The notes: generated by a model not told the origin, from the letters alone. 63,653 nucleotides of DNA, filler included, from Asterionella formosa (GCA_002256025.1; 22 parts of 22 records of this genome joined end to end with filler, not necessarily neighbours in it); one strand, 5' to 3'. Positions 24,861-37,167 are shown, numbered from the whole stretch's first letter. A program made the numbers and translations.

Positions 24861-26021
24861 TCACTCACTAAAAACCTGTGTGCAGCCCCAGTCTTGACCA
24901 GTACGCGGTCTGCCCTACCCGTCGGGGCGTTGGCCCGTGGAGGTGTGTGGGACCCCGTCAAATGCCTCACTTGCGTAAGACCCCCAACGGGACCTGATTA
25001 TGTTAGCACGAAGGCTAACAACGCTCATCAGGAACCTGGCAAGGGTGGTGGCCCCTGCCGGGTTCCGTTCCATCTGGCTACCGTCCCCATTGGATGATGA
25101 GCTGTCAACCGAAGAGTCACAGTTTTGCTGTGCTGTGACTCCGGTTGGTTCACCCATCATCCATCCATGTACCCAGCGGTTATCACAACTCCCTCCGAGG
25201 AGCCATGCCAACCGTTGTTGGTCAAAACCGAGGGCGAAATTCGGCCCTAACGTCCGAACTTTCGCGATCAATTCTGCCATGTGTGGCTCGGTACGTAGAC
25301 CACGCCACCGACCACACGTGAACACTAAGTGTTCCAGCGTTTCTGGTTCATCCATACCACAAAATGGACACTTCCTCAAATACCTATGAGGCATTCGCTT
25401 CCACCCCACCAAGGTGGGGACAGTTACAAATGCCCCAATCCGACACCGAACTATCAAAGCCAGTCCTGCTTGGTCTTTGGGACTGCCCCCCACACGTGAC
25501 CGTGTGAGTGGATGCTTGTCAAATCCGGCTCCCTCATACCACACTGTGCGGGCCCCCGACGGACGAGTCAAGTTCCGTCGGATCCCACACTCTCTCTCCA
25601 AAATGCATGCTTTCACTACCTCAGCCAGTACCTTTGGTTCCAGGCTCTGCCATCCAGCACCCAAGTACCTCTCCACAATAGACACCGGTGCATGGGGGAG
25701 CGCATAGCGTTTCAGCCAGCGCGGAACCCCCGAGCACCATGTCCATTTCTGACTTCGGAATGGTCTTAGGACCAATTCCTGAAGCCAGGTTTTGAGACCC
25801 GAGGCCTTGGCATAAGCTCTGGCCCGGCGGGCACCCGCCAAGGCACACATTGGCAACATCCGTGCCTCCTTCCACAGGCCTACTGATGGCACATCCCCTG
25901 CCCTCCTGGCTCCAATGCTAGCCCTAAGGCATCGGTTCAGAAGAACCTGCATTTTGTCCGTAAGGTGACGGTTCATACCATACAGCTCAGCCCCAAAAAG
26001 GAGGCGGGGGGCAACTACTCC
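24861..26021 (-). mobile_element. Non-LTR retrotransposon (LINE) 3' part: post-RT region, CCHC zinc finger and short 3' UTR
   Basis: Open frame from the contig edge to the stop at 24915: VVAPRLLFGAELYG...TWCSGVPRW...CRIGAF...CPFCGMDEPETLEHLVFTC. The UTR ends in GTGAGTGA. Markedly GC-richer than the flanks. Confidence 0.8.
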
Positions 26022-26960
26022 NNNNNNNNNNNNNNNNNNNNNNNNNNNNNNNNNNNNNNNNNNNNTTAATTAATTAANNNNNNNNNNNNNNNNNNNNNNN
26101 NNNNNNNNNNNNNNNNNNNNNATCAATATCTTCGAGTACCTGCCCGGCAATGGTGCGTAGTTGTAACAATGACATTGCTGGTATGGTCATATAGCGTCAC
26201 AAGCACTCCGACTAAGTTGGTATCACCACTGTCATTGTTGTCTGTATCCTCCTTGACACAGCCGGAAATTGAGCCAAGTTTCTGTGCACTAGGAGCAGGA
26301 CTGATGACGGGCTGAAGACCTGGACGTCCTGGAGGGGCGTAAAAATGAACTTTCCAGCACTGTCCTTTAACGTCGTCATTGCAGGGTTGTTGTGCTGTTG
26401 ACTTCTTTGTGGCTTGCCATCGCCTGTGATGCGAAGCAAGTCAGCTGCCAGCGCTTTGGTCCGATGAGATTGACCCACCAGCAGCATGTGCAAATCATTA
26501 GCAGAAATAATTTCCGTTCGGAAAATATTTCTGCTGCCAGTTCCATCATGTTTGCAAGTGTCATGGAGGAGTCAACTAAGATTCGTGTGGCAAAAAAGTA
26601 TTGGTGGTTTATACGAAGATTATGTAGGCTAGTAGGGTTTAAGGGGTTATCAAAAAGAGGGGGACGAAATATCGATATAGGGGGACGAAATATCTTTTTC
26701 CTATAATTATTATTACGTTAGACAAAAATTCCAGGATAGGAATGACTGAAAGAATGTGGAGCTTTCATGTACTGTAGAATTCAACGAGAGGAAGTTGAAG
26801 AACTCAAGAATTAGTTCAAACACGACCAGGACAGAGAAAAACCATAGGCAAATCAAAGCATGTAAAATTCGTAGGAGGTCTATAAAAAGAATTACATTCA
26901 TCTTGTGCAGCACGATCAAAACACACCACGAAAAATAAAGCGTCCTTTCATAAATCAACC

Positions 26961-28457
26961 ATGGCGATGAATACCGCCCCTGCTTTTGTCGCCCCTACCT
27001 ACCATCATGCTCAAATTGTAAATGAGCATGGCGTACAAGCAGAGTTCGCAAGGAAAGGACTCTGTCGTTATCATCCAGACATTCAGCTTCGCCAAAAGAA
27101 ATGGAATGGAGTTTGGACGACTGTGCGAGGCAGCTGCCCTAGATGCGATCGTCTTGCAACCCAAATTCCAAGCCTTTTTAGTTCTTCTCAGATTGCTGCG
27201 ATTCTTTTAACGATGAAAAATAATGAGCGGAATGCTGACATTCAAATAAAAGGTTGTTCAGAACTTTGTGACTTGGCTTATAATAATGACAAGAACCAGG
27301 TAACGATTGCTGAAGCAGGAGGTATCACTACGATTCTGTCTGCAATGAAGACTCATTCCTCCAATGCTACTGTGCAAGTGAATGGTTGTGGAGCACTTCT
27401 GTGCTTGGCTTATCCTAATAAAAAGAACCAGGAAACGATTGCTGACGCACGAGGTATCACCACGATTCTGTCTGCAATGAAGACTCATTCCTCCAATGCT
27501 AATGTGCAATAAAATGGTTGTGGAGCACTTCTGTGCTTGGCTTATCTTAATGAAAAGAACCAGGTAACGATTGCTGAAGCAGGAGGTATCACTACGATTC
27601 TATCTGCAATGAAGACTCATTCCTCAAATGCTTATGTGCAAGAAAATGGTTGTGTAGCACTTTGGTACTTGGCTTATCTTAATGAAAACAACAGGGTGAC
27701 GATTGCTGAAGCAGGAGGTATCACTAGGATTCTTTCTGCAATGAAGACTCATTCCTCCAATGCTAATGTGCAAGAGAATGGTTGTGGAGCACTTAGGAAC
27801 TTGGCTGTTAATGACAAGAACCAGGTAACGATTGCTGAAGCAGGAGGTATCACTACGATTCTGTCTGCAATGAAGACTCATTACTCCAAAGCTAATGTGC
27901 AAGAAAATGGTTGTGGAGCACTTAAGAACTTGGCTGAGAATGAAAACAACAGGGTGACGATTGCTGAAGCAGGAGGTATCACTACGATTCTGTCTGCAAT
28001 GCAGACTCATTCCTCCAATGCTAATGTGCAAGAGTATGGTTGTGGAGCACTTAAGAACTTGGCTGCGAATAATGACAAGAACAAGGTGACGATTGCTGAA
28101 GCAGGAGGTATCACTATGATTCTGTCTGCAATGAAGACTCATTCCTCCAATGCTACTGTGCAAGTGAATGGTTGTGGAGCACTTTGGAACTTGGCTTTGA
28201 ATGAAAACAACAAGGTGACGATGGCTGAAGCAGGAGGTATCACTATGATTCTGTCTGCAATGAAGACTCATTCCTCCAATGCTAATGTACAAGAGTGTGG
28301 TTGTGGAGCACTTAAGAACTTGGCTGCGAATGAAAACAATAGGGTGAAAATATTCAATGCTGGTGGAAAAGCCGTAATTGAGTCTGCGATGCGAAATTAC
28401 TCATCCAATGCTGGTGTTCAAGAAAAAGGTAAAGCAGCACTTTGCAATTTGTGGTAA
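26961..28457 (+). pseudogene. Armadillo-repeat protein (9 repeats plus cap) with N-terminal CxxH...CxxC domain; single in-frame stop
   Basis: 43-44-aa units NANVQxxGCGALxxLAx(x)NxxNxVTIAEAGGITTILSAMKTHSS. The two ORFs are in the same frame, separated by TAA 27510-27512 where most other repeats have a Glu codon. Confidence 0.9.
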
Positions 28458-28477
28458 TGATCATTATGGTTATATTC

Positions 28478-28900
28478 TGTTAAGGTTAGGGTTAGGGCAA
28501 AGGGACGACGCCTCTAGGTGCCATCCCTATAGAGCATCCAGCCCCACTAGGGCTGGGCATGTATCTGTAGCACACAGTATGCTGAATCTATAAATGGAAA
28601 CTGGTATGAGAATGAATGTGTTAGTATCGGTTGTTTTTGTTGGATATGAAGATGATGTAGAAGTGCACTGTGTTATACTTACCAGAGTGATGGTTAGGGT
28701 TAGGGTAAAGGGAAGACGCCTCTAGGCGTCATCCCTATAGAGCATCCAGCCCTCTAGGGCTGGACATGTAACTGTAGTACGCAGTATGACTAATCCTACA
28801 GATGGAAACTGGTATGGGAATGAATGTGTAAGTACTGGTTGTTTGTTTTTGATATGAATATGTAGAAGGGCACTGTTTTGTACTTACCATAGTGATTGTC
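28478..28900 (+). repeat. Two tandem 208-bp LTR-like units carrying (TTAGGG)2 and twin hairpins
   Basis: GGTTAGGGTTAGGG at 28484 and 28692. The array begins TGTTAAG. Related to ~20957-21070 and to 35860-36018 (minus). Confidence 0.75.
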
Positions 28901-29019
28901 ATGTAAAATGTTACACATTNNNNNNNNNNNNNNNNNNNNNNNNNNNNNNNNNNNNNNNNNNNNTTAATTAATTAANNNNNNNNNNNNNNNNNNNNNNNNN
29001 NNNNNNNNNNNNNNNNNNN

Positions 29020-31817
29020 CCATATAAGAAGGCATTCCCAATATCAGCAGCACAAATGTCTAGGTGGTTTATGGCAGCAATTAGGAATCCCATACGAACA
29101 GTGTCCATCCCAACAACTCCTGAGTATATGTCTTCTTTGGGTGGATTGGTTTGATGTCCTCCTGCAACTAGCCTTGCTTTCCTCCTTAGATCAAATTTGA
29201 CGTCGAATATTATCTGGTATGGGATTTGTTTGTACCCTGCTGGTAATTCATGTTCTGATACCTCTCGAAACGTATTGTATTCATTGATCTGTTTCAATTC
29301 CATGTCTATGGCGGTTCTCCATAAGTTATCATGATTCATCTCATCTAGATGTAATGCATGTTTTACTGATGAAGGGACTTCCACTCCAAACTTATATCTT
29401 GGTTCATCACGAGTTGCTTTCATGATTTGTATTATTGCATGCAAGCTTGTATTGGGTTCAAGGTATTCTTTCACCCATATCCATTCATCTAGATGGCATA
29501 ACCGTTTTTGTATTGCGTATTTTATCAACACCATAGGGTCCTGTAACCTCATTGATTCCATTGTAACCCATCCAGTGTCTCCATTCATCCATTGTATATT
29601 TATTGGTACTGAGTTGCCTGTAGGGTCATGCTTCTTGGATCTGTGGTTAAGTACTTTTAAGGGTGTCCACATGTCATCATCATACTCTTGTGTTGCCAGT
29701 TTGTCAATGTTCCGGTGATATTCTTGTAACTGTTTAATATTTTTTCTGTCATGTACTTGTTTTCCTTGTTGTTTTTCATTGCATATTTCATCTTGTGCAG
29801 TTATTTGTCCGTAGATGTCACCTTCATAGTTGCTAAAAATACTCATCTTGTTTATTTCTTCTTTGTCATCCTGTGGGCAATTCACAGCTGTCATTATATA
29901 ATGAGGATTAGGCATGCGTTTCCTAATTGACTTCCTAATGTTTGATATCTTTTGTTCCACATGTGCCACCTCCCCTTTCTCCTGTTCTCTAATCTCCCCT
30001 GTCTCTTGCACTGTGTGTATTGGACTCTCATGCATTACTTTTGGTATCTCTTGTTCTGCTTCTACCTCTTGTTCTGTATGTAATACCTCCCTTGTCTCCT
30101 GTTCTCTAACCTCCCCTGTCTCTTGTGCTGTGCGTATTGGACTCTCACACGTTATTGCTCCCCTCGAAGTCGGTATTGTAACGCCAGGTGTCCTTTTGCG
30201 CTGGCGGGAAATGGTGGGTTTGACATGGGTGGGAGTGGAGTAGAACTGTAAAGCAGGTAAGGGGGCAAGAGGAGTTGTGTTGGCTACCGCAGGGTTGGTC
30301 ATGGGATTAAACTGTATGCGGTGATTGGGGTGGGCCGGGTCACATGGTCGGACAACACTGCGGTGTAGCACTTGTTGTGTATGGTCAGTGAGGATTTTGT
30401 AGGTCAGGATGTCCCCCACATGGTCTGTAATTCCAACCCAGTACCCAGGCTTTTCTTTAGTATCTGGATATACCTCTTGGTAGTCTAAGTAATACACTTT
30501 CTCATAAAACTGGAAGTGTAAGATTTTTTAGATATCAGGGGTGTCACCATGGCGTAGTGTGAGGGGAATCGCCCAATTGAGGGTCTCATCAGCACTATGG
30601 TTGTGTAAAGCAGCAAGGTACTGCGATGCTAGCAACCAAAGCATAGGAGGTGCTCCTGTTCGATCAAGTAGCAATTGGGTGTGTTGCTTCAACCATTTAA
30701 CTGCCCGTAACTCAGCCATGTTCTGCTGTGGATGGTATGGCTCCGTATATTCATCCCCAATCAGATACAAACGGTTGAGTTGTTGGAACCGGAAGCCAGA
30801 TTGGACATGTGAATTATCTCGACGTAAAATGGTGGGGCAACCTTCATGCCGCAGGAAATCGTTGTGAGCATCGGGGGCACCGTTTTCGGAAGGCATACCA
30901 TATACATTGATAACGTGGGACGTGATTCCATAAAAGACCTGTGCACAAGTAGCACCAGTAATGTCGCGGCAGTTGGCAAAGAATGTATCAGTTGCTACCT
31001 TCTCTTTGAGGCGTGGACGATTAGCTTGAGGAAAGCGGGATTTAATGTGGCGTCGAAGGGGATACCGGTATATAGCTTTAGCCAATTGTGTTGTGTTCGC
31101 CAAGGTATGGGAAATGACCTCAGTTGATTGGAATCCTAGGTATGGTCTGAGGGCATCAATGTTTGGATTGACTATGCGAGTAGTAAGGAGAGCATGGCAC
31201 ATTTTGTTAGGTTTCTCAGCTGCAAGATTTGGGTTTAATACCAAGCCCAAAGGGTTCTTGTATGTATCGAGGGTAGAGTCCAAGAGTACATATGGTGAGG
31301 TGCAGAGTTTATCGTCTTCCATGTGTACAATGTTATGTACCTGGACCGATATATCTTGCTGTAATGGCAGAAGTGATAAGCATTGGTCACTGTAGTGTGA
31401 GTTAGGATCCCAAGGGAAGTCTGCTGTGATATCGATAGGTGGCAATGATGTTAATTCTTGTTCTGTTGGTAACCGGTGTCTGAATGTCATAAGACCTCCA
31501 TTAATGATAAAAGGGATGTAGACATGAGGACGGGGAAGAAAACACTGTCCTCCTTTCCTGCCTGGTACGCTTGTTGGGTGCTTAGTGGAAATAGAATCAA
31601 CAATGCAGTCATGCTCTTGTAATTGAAACTCTGAGAGGAGGGTGGTAGAACTGCCTTGATTATACACAGCTTCATGTACACGGAGAAGGTATTTATTCCC
31701 TTGTGTCTCCACTACTGTTACCGCACTGACAATGGGCATTCCAGTTTTACGGGAAGCTTTTGCATCAAACCCGACAAGGTTGGCTTTTTGTGACGTGTAT
31801 GACTCAATATGCCATCC
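29020..31817 (-). mobile_element. pol: Ty1/Copia (CoDi-like) pol: protease end, integrase, chromo-like domain, RT start; one nonsense codon
   Basis: DTFF...RRDN...EPYHPQQNMAE (integrase), then KFGVEVP, IFDVKFDLRRKARLVAGGH, YSGVV and ADIGNAFLY (RT). The two ORFs are in frame across TAA 30528-30530 (TPDI*). Integrase precedes RT. Confidence 0.95.
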
Positions 31818-31917
31818 NNNNNNNNNNNNNNNNNNNNNNNNNNNNNNNNNNNNNNNNNNNNTTAATTAATTAANNNNNNNNNNNNNNNNNNNNNNNNNNN
31901 NNNNNNNNNNNNNNNNN

Positions 31918-33102
31918 CAAGGTCCCAATATGCAAGATCTTTAAAATCTGAACATGATTTTTTGATACCTTTGACTCCATAAAATACAGAGGCGTACACC
32001 AGCTGGTCTAACAGAATATAGCTAACTTCCAGACTATGGATATTGATGACTTTATTAGGTGGGCGTTGACGCTTTATCGTTTTGCGCAGTCAAAGGACAT
32101 TGACAGGGGAAGTCATGGCTTTCCACAATTTTCGTTGTCCATGTGACTTCGGCAAACTCAAGGAAAATGCCGTTTGCTTTGGCATAAAAGCTCTACACAT
32201 TTCACATGCCAACTCTTCACAAAAGTAGCTGCCTTCGGGATTGTTCTCAATTATTTTTACAAAGAAATTCTTTTTCTTCCATGTATGATTTGGAAAAAGA
32301 TTCAATTTTGTTCTTCTGACTTTGTTCCAGACTCAGTGCATCAACTGCCTTCGCCAGCATCACATCTCTGTCTGCATTGATTTTATTGAATTCGAGGTCT
32401 TGATCTAGCTCAGAATTTTTCTTGAATATCGGATCTTTTAGAAATGCAATAGTTTCTCTGCTTTTATGATGTTCATGTTGATGTTCTGGACGGATAGTGA
32501 GATATGTTTCTTGGTTTTGCAACTTTTCAACCATTTCTACTTCTGAAGTGTTGTCTGCCACATTTCCGCCGATATTTTCATTCTTCGCATGAATTTGTTC
32601 ATCAAATGAATGAGAATCACTGAGTTCTTCTTCATTATCAGCGATTTCGGGAAATTGAGGAGAAAAATACGACACTGGATGGTGGAACTGTGACTCTGTA
32701 CGAATAGAGTCTTCATCCACGAAGACCAACTGTTTGGGTTTCCTCTTCGAAAGCAATCTTTTCTTTCTTTTCAATCTCAGCCACTATTGTATCGGCATAC
32801 TTCATTATTTTTTCTATTCAAATTCACTAACTGTTTGGGTTTTCCTCTTCGAAAGCAATCTTTCTTTCTTTTCAATCTCAGCCACTATTGTATCGGCATA
32901 CTTCATTATTTTTTCTGGAGTATTATGAATCTGTTCAAATTCATTTCACCTTTGAGTGTATTCAAAGGAATCTTCGATTGATTGATTTCATAAGTTTCTT
33001 CATCTTCTTTTCCGAAAACATAAAGTCGTGTAGTGTAAACAATGGAAGTAAGTCTCGTTTCTTGTTTGATTGATCCTTTCCATGAAATCCATGAAATGCC
33101 AT
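31918..33102 (-). pseudogene. Degenerate gene of unknown family, interrupted by a 101-bp tandem duplication (32728-32914)
   Basis: Successive protein-like ORF pieces in shifting frames. Duplicate units start at 32728 and 32829. Confidence 0.4.
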
Positions 33103-34815
33103 TTGGAAAGTTGTCAAAGGGCCAGAAGACAATGATGTTAAACAGTGGAAGGGAAACGCGGAGCTTTTCGTGGGCTTATTGCGGCGCCTGTGGAGGTGGA
33201 ACTGGTGTGATGGTAACCGAGTGTAGTAATTGTTGAACAGAGCACAGTGTAATATGCATGTTCCGCCAGCGTAGTGTTTACACAATACACATGCTGGCAC
33301 ATATATAGCTAAAACAAGGAAAGACGACACAACAATGAACGTGATGGCTGGTTGTTGAGGATACCGGTATGTGATATGCATCAATCCATATCACAAATCA
33401 TATTATAGTGATGTACATATCAACGCATCCGTATACTTAGATCCTATCCACTGTATAATACTATCATATTAACTGTTGACTTTAACTGTATACATTAAAC
33501 AACAAAACGACAAACATATATATTAATTAACATACTTTATGATTGCTTGATTTATATTCTATGATGTCTTGGTAACACTTGCGTACATATTTTATTGTAC
33601 TTTATTGTCATTGTACTATTTTTACATGATCATATTTTGATCAAAATTACATCATATACATTTCATAAAATCATCATAGTTTTATGATCAATGTATCATA
33701 GCTATGTGATGTACTTTATTCAATACTACATATCATACTTTGGTGATGTATGTATCGATGTAACCTTATCATGATATCACAGTATCATCTTATCAATCAT
33801 GATGAGATGATTGGGAAGCAACTGTATTCTGCATCGTGCTACAGGGTATATTATTAAATCACGCAATTTAGTACCTAACAAGTCACTCCGCCTGTAATGT
33901 ACAAAAGTCGACAGTGCACATTGCACATACTCACACGCGATTCAGGTTTGAGGCAACGGACAGTGGTTCCAACGAGCGAATAATGATACCATGAGTTCCA
34001 ATTTTTCCAGCGTAAGAACTTGTCTCTCTATTGATGAGGATGACACGGACACCGAGGACTTTTCCAGGAGCAAATAACAATAAAGAAACCCACTTGTCGC
34101 TCTATTGATGGTAACAAAGATGCGGACAAGTTCAACAGTGAATACAAGAACAACATACCATTGAAAGCAAGTCGACAGTGTGTGCACGCACACGCCAAGC
34201 AAGTTTGAGGCAACGGACAATTCCAACAAGCAAATGACGATACAGATATCAAATTCTTCCTACAAGCAAACAACAATGAAAAGAGCCACTTGCTTTCGCT
34301 CTCTTGATGATATCAAAGATGCAGACAAGTTCAATAGATATTTCAAGTACAGTATGCCAAATGCAGAAACGAGTGAGCGATATGAAAATGAAACACATTC
34401 TAATCAGAATCATTCTATAACTAGGCTATAGCTATGTGGACAGTAGTCTGTTACGCACATTTTCGTATCTCCTTCTATGCTGAATCTCAATAGTAGATGT
34501 AGTATCATGTGAGAATTGAAAATGTCAACGAGAACAAGTAGAATGTGTTTGTTTGAATAATTATGAACAAATGTTTACTGCACATGACGATTACTCGAAG
34601 ATATAATGATCACTTGACCAAAAACATTGAAGATGTTTTCGCAAACATTCATTCCGCTTGTCATCGCTAGTATTTCGTTGTTGTTGCAAAAATCGGAGTG
34701 ATGACGGATGGAAATNNNNNNNNNNNNNNNNNNNNNNNNNNNNNNNNNNNNNNNNNNNNTTAATTAATTAANNNNNNNNNNNNNNNNNNNNNNNNNNNNN
34801 NNNNNNNNNNNNNNN

Positions 34816-35190
34816 ATGAAGAGTTGAAAAGGAAGCGGCGTGCGGAAGGAGTGCAGTGTGAGCGAGAGTATAGTAGCTAAGAAAATAGATGCACACACGG
34901 CGCTTGCAAACAAGGTTGATGCAATCCGAACTCTAAAAAAACAGTCAACAGAGTGCTGGACAGTGGCGCAAACGAAAACAATGGCAACATGTTACAAGCA
35001 AGCAGGCAATCTTCCATTACCAACAACGAAGCAACTTCTACTTACCAGATACCATGACACTATGATGTGTTGTGATGCTGCAGTGCAACTGCAATTACAT
35101 GACAAGGTACAATGGGAGTTTAAGAATGAGCGATGCAACGACTGCAGCGAAAAAATGCAAAGAGTCTTTGATGGAACCAACAAGATATAA
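34816..35190 (+). pseudogene. Possible C-terminal remnant of a DNA-transposon protein
   Basis: WTVAQTKTM...KQAGNLPLPTTKQLLLTRY resembles, from memory, C-termini of diatom transposase-like proteins. No catalytic motif is present. Confidence 0.3.
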
Positions 35191-35859
35191 TTGAAGTGAC
35201 ACCACCAGCATAAGAAAGATTCAGCTTCTGGCTGCGAAAAAAAACATGCAAACGATGTAATATTTTCTAACTGTCGCCTATAAAGAACCTTTATATATGG
35301 TAAAATTTTAATAAATGGCCTTGAGCCACTTCGGCCGTTTTTGTCACTTTTAAAATTGATAGGATCTCAGTAAATATGTGTTCAAATAAAAAATGATTTA
35401 ATTCTCATGTAGCTTAATGAACTAACTAGTCTATTATCGTGCCAAAGGGCGAAAGAGGGGATCGATTTTAGCATTATTCTAGAATTAGTCGGAAAACGAT
35501 GTAAAAACGTGGCTCAAAGCCATTTTTGTCTGGTACCCACATCGGATATTGTACCGGGCTACCGGTACCGGTACCTGGTACGCCCAAGAAGGAATGTTAC
35601 ATGTGTATCCAATGTTGCCAGCGTGGGTTTGCAATCCCTTGCAAAACAAGCCTATCAAACGGACATGAGTAATTCGCAATAGCAAATCAGTATGTCAATA
35701 TTATTGCGCAGATTTCCAAGAGAAAATAGAGTCGAGCTCAATTCTTTCTTCATACTCATCAACAGAAAACTGATAGGAAATCAAATTCCTCACCTGCAAG
35801 GGAACCCCACCATTCACTTTTAAGATATTTTCCTTGTCACTCCGTTTATCCACTTCCTT

Positions 35860-36018
35860 AAAGATTCCTATACCATTACAACTGTACTACCATAGGATTA
35901 ATGGTACCATCTGCTACATGTACATACCCAGCCCTAGAAGGGCCAGGTGCTACTTAGGGATGACGCCCAGAAGGACCCTATCAATAATAAAGAAGAGCAG
36001 AAACGTAAATTCTTAACA
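35860..36018 (-). repeat. Diverged copy of the twin-hairpin LTR-like unit
   Basis: The minus strand starts TGTTAAG and contains GGGCGTCATCCCTAAGTAGCACCTGGCCCTTCTAGGGCTGGGTATGTA. Confidence 0.6.
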
Positions 36019-36132
36019 AAATGTTCACTTAGCTATAATTGATAATCAACATAGAACAGTTACTTAGTTACAAAAATGAATACTAATTAATCATAGTAAA
36101 AATTTCCAAAATGACCATTTCCACCATAATGA

Positions 36133-37167
36133 TCAATTCTCATGGTTCAATATTTGAAGTGCTCTTTCAGCTTTTGCTTTCACACCAGCATTGGCTGAGT
36201 GATTTCGCAAAGCAGAATCAACTGCGACTTTTACATCAGCATGGGCAATCGCCTCCTTGTTGCTGAGATTATTCACAGCCAAGGTGCCAAGTGCTGCACA
36301 ACCATAGTATTGCACATTTGCATTGAAGTAATAAGTCTTCATAGCAGACTGAATTGTGGTGATACCTCCTGCTTCGGCAATCGTCACCTTATTGTCTTCA
36401 TTCGCAGCCAAGTTCCAAAGTGCTGCACAACCATACTCTTGCATCTTGCACATTAGCATTGAATAAATGATTCTTCATTGCAGACAGAATCATAATGATA
36501 CCTCCTGCTGCAGCAATCCTCAACTTGTTGTTTTCATTATTGTCAGCCAATATACAAAGGGCTGCACAACCAGATTCTTGCACATTAGCATTGGATGAAT
36601 GCCTTTTCATCGCAGACAGAATGGTAGAGATACCTTCTTTTTTCGCAATCATGACCTCGTTGTTGTCATTCTCAACAAATTTCAAAAGCGCTCTACAACC
36701 ATATTCTTGTATGTCAGTATTCGTGGAATGATTATTCATCGCAGACAGAATGATACCTCCTGCTTCAGCAATCGTCATCCTATTGTTGTCACGATTGGCA
36801 GCCAAGTTCAAAAGGTCCATGAGACTTTCTTCTTGAATTTCAGCATTGGATGAATGATCCTTCATCGCGGACAGAATCAAATCAATCGGAGCCGAAATTG
36901 AAGTGGTTGGAATTTGGGTTGTAGACTGAGATTGTGTTGCTGGCAAAGAAGGAGACTGCTGAGGCATTGGAGTCGTTGGAGCAGTAGGCCTTGGGTATTC
37001 CTAAGATCGCATCTAGGGCAGCCCTCTCGCACAGTCTTCCAAAATCCAAACCAATTCTTTTTGCAAAGCTGAATGTCTGGATGATTAGGACAGAATCCAT
37101 TCCTAATGTGCTCTGCTTGTACGCCATGCTCATTCACGATTGAAGGGACGTGACGATTGAGTGACAT
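36133..37167 (-). pseudogene. ARM-repeat paralog of 26961-28457 with two frameshifts
   Basis: Same N-terminal domain (VNEHGVQAE...CPNHPDIQL.KK.W.G.W.TVR..CPRC) and about five ARM repeats. Frameshifts near 36990 and at a 7-nt TGCAAGA duplication near 36445. Confidence 0.88.

Noticed and set aside
27510..27512. Stop-codon readthrough or an alternative genetic code (in-frame TAA here, at 624 and at 30528)
   Set aside because: The TAAs replace different expected residues (Glu, Ser, Ser) and TAA also ends intact ORFs, so these are ordinary nonsense mutations or sequencing errors.
27258..28292. Long antisense ORFs over the ARM array, and similar shadow ORFs over the LINE, Copia and mucin genes
   Set aside because: They are by-products of repetitive or GC-rich sense-strand coding.
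28560..28830. Hammerhead ribozyme or retrozyme in the 208-bp units
   Set aside because: GAAAC is present but there is no CTGANGA core in a compatible stem arrangement.
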